A stretch of DNA of 10,390 bases from Candidatus Eiseniibacteriota bacterium (GTDB taxonomy: Bacteria; Eisenbacteria; RBG-16-71-46). The stretch spans positions 1 to 10,390 of the forward strand of contig JBGAOA010000101.1 in NCBI GenBank assembly GCA_044222065.1, in the 5' to 3' direction. Positions 6,114 to 10,390 of the stretch are shown piece by piece; position 1 is the stretch's first letter; each line of letters begins with the position of its first letter. The notes under the pieces were generated by a model that ran no database searches, was not told the origin of the DNA, and saw nothing but the letters and a program-made list of their open reading frames with translations. Position numbers and translations under genes: made by a program.

Positions 6114-7637
6114 TCAGGGCGCCGGCGGAACGCTCAGCGGCTCAACGAGCCCGGGGGCTTCGAGGCGGCCGAAGACGTTGTAGGCGAGGCTGAACGCGAC
6201 GGCGAAGTCGCGGTCGTATTCGTCGACGTACGAGACCGGGCTCGGCGCGGACCGCTGTTCCACCCGCGAGGCGCCGAGGCTCAGTTGCAGGCGGTCCTCC
6301 AGGTAGTAGGTGACGTTCGCGGACACCGCCAGCTGCCAGCGATCCAAGAGGGTCGTGCGGGCATCGGATTCGTGGAGGATCACGCGCTCGTGGAGGATCG
6401 AGCCGGTCGCGAGCCAGCGGTCGGCCACGATGTAGCCCACGGATGCCGTCGTCGTCGCCTGCAGGCCGTCGTACTTCGATTGCAGCGGCAGCAGCAGCTC
6501 GCTCTCGCCATCGAACTGCCAGCGATGTCCGAGCGGGCGGTGGTGCTCGATGCGCGCGCCCCCGGACAGCACGTCCGACGCTTCGTGGCTGGAGTCCGAC
6601 ACGTGCTGCGTGTTCGAAGTGACGAGCACTCCCGTGTCCCAGAACGACGAGGACTGCTGGAGGTCGAGCCGTGAGATCCGGCTCTCGTCTTCCGCCGAAA
6701 CGACGAGCCCCGCGAACGTGCCGCGCTCGCGCGTGATCGGCGAAGACGGCAGCAGGTCGTTTCCGCCGTACCTGCCGAACAACGGCTCCACCGCGCGGAG
6801 CAGGGCGTCCGGGGACCAGCCCTCATCCGACAGCGCACCGTCCGAATCGAGGACGCGCTCGATCTCCTTCCAGATCGCGCGCGCCGGGCGCTCGAGGGTC
6901 GCGCGGTAGCCCGAGCGCAGCGCGAGCACCGCGGCGAGACGCTGGCGTCCCTCGGGCGAAAGCGGACGCGCGAGCGCGCCGCTCTCGCGCAGGCGTTCCT
7001 CGAGCACGTGCGCTTCGTAGACGCTCGTCGCATCGCGCACGCGTCCGTATCCCGCAGCGAGGCTCGCTTCGAGGCGATTGAAGTAGGTCCAGCGCGCGCG
7101 GCTCTCGTTCTGCAGCGAGCGGAAGTCGTAGGCGGTCGTGACGGCGTGTTGGTCGCGCTCCGAGCGAATCCACTGCTGACTCTCGATACCCGAGACCAGC
7201 GCGCGCAGGTCGAGACCGAAGGGGCGGGCGGACGGGTACCAGCGCCGGCCGCCGTTTACGGACCACTGCTCGTCGGTCTGGCGGGTGCGCGAGCGCTCGT
7301 CGTTCGCGGAGACGCCGAACGGATCCGAGTAGAAGCTGTGGTAGGTCCCCGACGATCGCGAGCCGCCGCCGGTGGCCGAGATCTGGAGGTCCGTGCGCGA
7401 GGGATCGGAATCCCACAGCCACCTCGCGGACGACGAGAGCCGCCCGTACCACGAACGCGAATCCGAGGCGCTCGAGGCGAACGCGGACGCGCCCGATCGA
7501 GCCGTGGTCGAGACCGAGAGATCGAGCCCGCTCGCTCGATGAGCCGGAATCCGGAACTCGGAATAGTCGTCGGCGAGCGCGAGGGCGGGGGACAGAACGG
7601 CGAGTACGGCGAGGGTCGAGAGAAGCGCGCGGCGCAT
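6114..7637 (-). CDS. Putative outer-membrane beta-barrel protein with a central helical insertion, 507 aa
   Basis: A GGAGG SD lies 5 nt before ATG 7637. The signal peptide is MRRALLSTLAVLAVLSPALALA. There are many alternating aromatic/polar strands (ASVGYIVADRWLATGS, VSANVTYYLEDRLQLSLG, FAVAFSLAYNVF) and a helical block after GYGRVRD. Confidence 0.7.
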   Translation of the reverse strand: MRRALLSTLAVLAVLSPALALADDYSEFRIPAHRASGLDLSVSTTARSGASAFASSASDSRSWYGRLSSSARWLWDSDPSRTDLQISATGGGSRSSGTYHSFYSDPFGVSANDERSRTRQTDEQWSVNGGRRWYPSARPFGLDLRALVSGIESQQWIRSERDQHAVTTAYDFRSLQNESRARWTYFNRLEASLAAGYGRVRDATSVYEAHVLEERLRESGALARPLSPEGRQRLAAVLALRSGYRATLERPARAIWKEIERVLDSDGALSDEGWSPDALLRAVEPLFGRYGGNDLLPSSPITRERGTFAGLVVSAEDESRISRLDLQQSSSFWDTGVLVTSNTQHVSDSSHEASDVLSGGARIEHHRPLGHRWQFDGESELLLPLQSKYDGLQATTTASVGYIVADRWLATGSILHERVILHESDARTTLLDRWQLAVSANVTYYLEDRLQLSLGASRVEQRSAPSPVSYVDEYDRDFAVAFSLAYNVFGRLEAPGLVEPLSVPPAP

Positions 7638-7701
7638 GGAAGCCTCCGGCTGCGGTCGGCGGAGCGACGACGCCGCGAGGTTCGAGGGGAGATGGGTGCG
7701 G

Positions 7702-7707
7702 ATACTA
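7702..7707 (-). promoter_or_regulatory. Possible -10 element (TAGTAT) for the outer-membrane protein gene
   Basis: Minus-strand TTCGCG-N18-TAGTAT, about 65 nt upstream of ATG 7637. Confidence 0.35.
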
Positions 7708-7815
7708 GGCGCGAGACCGTCTGCGCGCGAAGGACTTCGCGCGATGCCCCCGAGGTCCGGGACACGACGGCACACCCGCGCTCGTCAATTCCGCGCCGCT
7801 CGGAAGGATTTTCCT

Positions 7816-7844
7816 TTTCGCGTTCCCGCGCGCGCTCCTAGAAT
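7816..7844 (+). promoter_or_regulatory. Putative sigma70-type promoter (-10 TAGAAT at 7839-7844) with no downstream coding gene
   Basis: TAGAAT matches TATAAT at 5 of 6 positions. TTTCGC/TTCGCG lies 17/16 nt upstream, preceded by an AT-rich palindrome. It points straight into a long hairpin. Confidence 0.45.
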
Positions 7845-7846
7845 GC

Positions 7847-7966
7847 GCGCTCGTCACTGGCCGTGTCGTTGCCGTCTGCGCACGACTTCTCGCACTTCCC
7901 CCGGCAACGGCACGCGCCGTGACGAGCGCTCGCGACCCCCTCGCGAGCCCGCGCGTCGAGCGACGC
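7847..7966 (+). ncRNA. Candidate structured RNA: ~27-bp stem with a pyrimidine-rich loop, plus two short hairpins
   Basis: GCGCTCGTCAC(7847-7857)/GTGACGAGCGC(7919-7929) and CGTGTCGTTGCCG(7862-7874)/CGGCAACGGCACG(7902-7914), with one U-G pair on +. These are followed by GCTCGCGA-ccccc-TCGCGAGC (7928-7948) and GCGTC-gagc-GACGC (7953-7966). Confidence 0.4.
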
Positions 7967-7987
7967 TCCGCGCACCCAGCCCGACGC

Positions 7988-8737
7988 CTAGCGGTACAGC
8001 GCCTTCACGGAGCCCCAGGTGGAGCGTTTCGCAGGGTCCGCGAGGAAGTAACACGTGTAGATCGAGGGAGCCTGGTACTGGAGCAGCATCTGGCCCGCCG
8101 GTACGCCGATCGGAATGCTCCCTCCAGCCGCCGCCGGCTGGTCGAGACGAATGCGATCCAACACGACACACATCCCGCGGTCGCAACCGCCGCACGAACC
8201 CGGACCCACCGACTTCGCGTGGCTGATGACGAGACGACACCCGTAGTAGTGGACTTCAGCCTGAAGCGGAACGACCTGGGCGAGCGGAACGCCCAGCACG
8301 ACACCGAACGTCGTCATGCCGGGCACCGGATAGTCGATCGACTGGGGCCCGAGTCCTCCGATCGGCGGCGACTGCCAGCTTCCAGCATCGCACGCGGAGT
8401 AGCCCGAAAAGTCGCCGCTCACGGTGACGGCGCCGTTGCGACACGCCGAAGCGCCCTTGATCTGCCACCAGGGCACGAGCGAGCCGGGCGGATCCTGCCG
8501 AATCGTGAAGAAGGCGGCGATGCCCATGAACTGCGTGACGCCCTCGGGCGCGATGAAACTCACGACGGCGACATCGAGTCCGGAGTTGGAATCGCACGCG
8601 AACGTCTTGTCGGACGCAGCCGCCGCGCCGTCCGTGCAGTCGTTCCACGCGAAGTTCATCGCGGGTGCGGCCGCCGCGGGATCCGAAGTGATCGCGAACG
8701 CACAGGCGACGAAGGCTGCCGATGCGAGCGCCTTCAT
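7988..8737 (-). CDS. Secreted Cys-rich paralog D (last of the array), 249 aa, C-terminal TWGSVKALYR
   Basis: The start MKALASAAFVAC overlaps the stop of paralog C (ATGA). It has a signal peptide and the shared motifs AWNDC, FACD, PWW, CRNGA, VHYY and CxGC. It ends CGC TAG with no further overlap. Confidence 0.88.
   Translation of the reverse strand: MKALASAAFVACAFAITSDPAAAAPAMNFAWNDCTDGAAAASDKTFACDSNSGLDVAVVSFIAPEGVTQFMGIAAFFTIRQDPPGSLVPWWQIKGASACRNGAVTVSGDFSGYSACDAGSWQSPPIGGLGPQSIDYPVPGMTTFGVVLGVPLAQVVPLQAEVHYYGCRLVISHAKSVGPGSCGGCDRGMCVVLDRIRLDQPAAAGGSIPIGVPAGQMLLQYQAPSIYTCYFLADPAKRSTWGSVKALYR
7992..8021. repeat. Partial (30-bp) copy of the array junction repeat at the array end
   Basis: CGGTACAGCGCCTTCACGGAGCCCCAGGTG is identical to the corresponding part of the 9477-9519 copy. 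Confidence 0.85.
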
Positions 8738-8767
8738 CGGTACAGCGCCTTCACGGAACCCCAGGTG
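8725..8767. repeat. 43-bp junction repeat (C/D)
   Basis: CGAGCGCCTTCATCGGTACAGCGCCTTCACGGAACCCCAGGTG. Confidence 0.9.
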
Positions 8768-9489
8768 GAGCGGTGGGTGGGGGTGCAGTAGCCCATGCAC
8801 ACGGAAGGGTCTGGAGCCTGGTAGGTCACGTGAGCTCGCGTGCCGACGCTGACAATGTCCACGTTTCCTCCCGGAGATCCCGTCGGCTGCACGAGCCTGA
8901 GTCTCGCGAGCCGGAAGCACCATGGAATCGAGCACCCAACACAAGCACCCGTTCCCACCGTCTTCGCGTGAGACAGAACGATCTTGACGCCGTAGTAGTG
9001 CACGTCGGCAGTCAGCGCCACCACGTTCGCGACGGGAACAGCCACGACCCCGTTGCCCATCGAGTGTCCCGGCGTGGGGAGGTCGTTCGTAACGGCGCCG
9101 ACCCCTCCGACGGCGGGCACGCTCCACGCGCTCGCGTCACACGCGCCCGAGGATGCCGTGAAGTCCCCGTTGAGCGTCAGCGCTCCGTTTCGGCACTTCC
9201 CGACCCCCTTCACCTGCCACCAGGGGGCGGTCGCTCCGCAGGTTCCCTGAGTGATCTCGTAGTAGATCTCCACGCTGATGAACTGGTTCATCCCCGTCGG
9301 CGCCACGAAACTCGCGACCATCACGTCGGACCCAGCGTTCGTGTCGCAGGCGAAGTTCTTGTTGAGGGTCGCCGTCGCGCCGTCGATGCAGTCGTTCCAC
9401 GCGAGGTTGATGGCGGGCGCCGACGTGGCGCGGGGCGGCGAGAGCAGCTGCGCGCACGCGACGAGGACGGCGGCTGCGAGCGCCTTCAT
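8734..9489 (-). CDS. Secreted Cys-rich paralog C, 251 aa, C-terminal TWGSVKALYR
   Basis: The start MKALAAAVLVAC overlaps the stop of paralog B. It is colinear with B and D and has 10 Cys in the mature region. Confidence 0.88.
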   Translation of the reverse strand: MKALAAAVLVACAQLLSPPRATSAPAINLAWNDCIDGATATLNKNFACDTNAGSDVMVASFVAPTGMNQFISVEIYYEITQGTCGATAPWWQVKGVGKCRNGALTLNGDFTASSGACDASAWSVPAVGGVGAVTNDLPTPGHSMGNGVVAVPVANVVALTADVHYYGVKIVLSHAKTVGTGACVGCSIPWCFRLARLRLVQPTGSPGGNVDIVSVGTRAHVTYQAPDPSVCMGYCTPTHRSTWGSVKALYR

Positions 9490-9519
9490 CGGTACAGCGC
9501 CTTCACGGAGCCCCAGGTG
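9477..9519. repeat. 43-bp junction repeat (B/C)
   Basis: CGAGCGCCTTCATCGGTACAGCGCCTTCACGGAGCCCCAGGTG, one synonymous difference from the other two full copies. Confidence 0.9.
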
Positions 9520-10244
9520 GGGCGGCGAGCCGCAGTGCAGCCGTGTCCGACGCACGCAGTCAGCTCCGAGGACTGATACGTGACGAACGAATTCGTGCCC
9601 GCATCTCTGATGTCTACGTTTCCACCGGGCGCGCCGGCAACCTGCGCGAGCGTGACCCGCTCGAGCTGAAAGCACCACGCCATCGAGCACCCGAAACACG
9701 CTCCGGTCCCGGTGGTCTTGAAGTGGGACAGCACGAACTTCACTGCGTAGTAGTGCACATCTGGGGTCAGCGCGACGGAGTTCGAGGTGGGCACGCCGAC
9801 GGCCCCGTTACCTCTGGAAGTGCCGACGATCGGAGAATCGTTGGTCACTGCGCCCAGCCCGCCGAGCGCGGGAACGCTCCACGCGCTCGCGTCACACGCA
9901 CCAGTGGACGCCTCGAAGTCTCCATTCAGAGTCAGCGCCCCGTTCCGGCATCTGCCGGTTCCCTTCACGTGCCACCAGGGCACCGTAGCCACACACGTCT
10001 CTTGGCTGACTCTGAAGTAGACATCCACGCCCAGGAATCGGCTCATCCCCGCTGGCGCGATGAAACTCGCAACCATGACGTCGGCGCCGTCGTTCGTGTC
10101 GCACGCGAAGTTCTTGTCGAAGGCCGCCGTCGCGCCATCGATGCAGTCGTTCCACGCAAGGTTGATGGCGGGTGCGGACGTGGCCGGGAGTGCCGTGATC
10201 GCGAGCACACACGCGACGAAGGTGGCCGCTACGAGCGCCTTCAT
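9486..10244 (-). CDS. Secreted Cys-rich paralog B, 252 aa, C-terminal TWGSVKALYR
   Basis: The start MKALVAATFVAC overlaps the stop of paralog A. It is colinear with C and D and has 10 Cys in the mature region. Confidence 0.88.
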   Translation of the reverse strand: MKALVAATFVACVLAITALPATSAPAINLAWNDCIDGATAAFDKNFACDTNDGADVMVASFIAPAGMSRFLGVDVYFRVSQETCVATVPWWHVKGTGRCRNGALTLNGDFEASTGACDASAWSVPALGGLGAVTNDSPIVGTSRGNGAVGVPTSNSVALTPDVHYYAVKFVLSHFKTTGTGACFGCSMAWCFQLERVTLAQVAGAPGGNVDIRDAGTNSFVTYQSSELTACVGHGCTAARRPTWGSVKALYR

Positions 10245-10274
10245 CGGTACAGCGCCTTCACGGAACCCCAGGTG
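10232..10274. repeat. 43-bp junction repeat (A/B)
   Basis: Identical to the 8725-8767 copy. Confidence 0.9.
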
Positions 10275-10390
10275 AAGCGGTGCGTGGGGCTGGTGCCGTA
10301 GCACGCGCTCTCGCTACCGGACTGATACGTCACGTGGGCACGCCAGCCGATGGCGGTGATGTCCACGTTTCCTCCCGGAGCACCCGCTGG
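10241..10390 (-). CDS. Secreted Cys-rich paralog A, 3' end only (runs off the window end)
   Basis: Not in the ORF track. Manual translation is ...PAGAPGGNVDITAIGWRAHVTYQSGSESACYGTSPTHRFTWGSVKALYR*, homologous to the C-termini of B and C. Confidence 0.88.
   Translation of the reverse strand, partial: PAGAPGGNVDITAIGWRAHVTYQSGSESACYGTSPTHRFTWGSVKALYR

Noticed and set aside
5969..7775. Upstream extensions of ORFs 5351-6109 and 6114-7775
   Set aside because: The internal ATGs at 5968 and 7637 have SDs and begin clear signal peptides, and the extensions look non-coding.
8702..10244. Lipobox-like FVAC/LVAC (Cys12) in paralogs B, C and D
   Set aside because: The Cys is conserved but sits too early for a typical lipoprotein signal, the hydrophobic stretch tends to continue past it, and A-x-A/S type SPase I sites follow at about residues 23-24. 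SignalP 6 would decide.
7992..10274. Junction repeats as a CRISPR array, integron attC sites or a DGR
   Set aside because: The spacing is ~750 bp, the intervening sequences are homologous genes, and the repeats are coding. There is no attC-type inverted structure, no cas, integrase or reverse transcriptase gene in the window, and no evident template/variable repeat pair with adenine-specific changes.
5300..10301. Plus-strand ORFs across the right half (for example 5300-6193, 5757-6674, 7008-7841, 7919-8791, 8722-9576, 9543-10301)
   Set aside because: They are antisense shadows of the minus-strand genes, and their mutual similarity only mirrors the paralog array.
8738..10304. Upstream extensions of the array ORFs (...HLGFREGAVP-MKAL) as real N-termini or a frameshifted polyprotein
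   Set aside because: They are alternative-frame readings of the preceding paralog. No slippery heptamer was seen, and the ATGA overlaps explain the starts.

Overview
High-GC bacterial DNA. From my recollection of the protein tails and family style, not from a search, it is most likely Candidatus Eisenbacteria or a relative. The left half (1-5275) is housekeeping and envelope: a partial exported protein translationally coupled to an Eda-type aldolase (-), a divergent GT-C (ArnT/PMT-like) glycosyltransferase (+) and an AsmA-like protein (+). The three complete genes look leaderless, with a -10-like hexamer 6-7 nt before the start codon. Between the glycosyltransferase and asmA lies a well-structured candidate ~118-nt sRNA (-) with a sigma28-like promoter, two AGGGA hexaloop hairpins (CsrA/RsmA-site-like) and a terminator. 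The right half (5351-10390, all genes on -) is a surface-protein locus. It holds a tandem array of at least 4 secreted Cys-rich paralogs, joined by ATGA overlaps and a near-identical 43-bp junction, all ending in TWGSVKALYR. After the array come a putative outer-membrane beta-barrel with a helical insertion and an unrelated Ig/dockerin-like protein ending in the same motif (SWGELKLIYR), which suggests a C-terminal sorting signal. A second structured RNA candidate lies at ~7847-7966.
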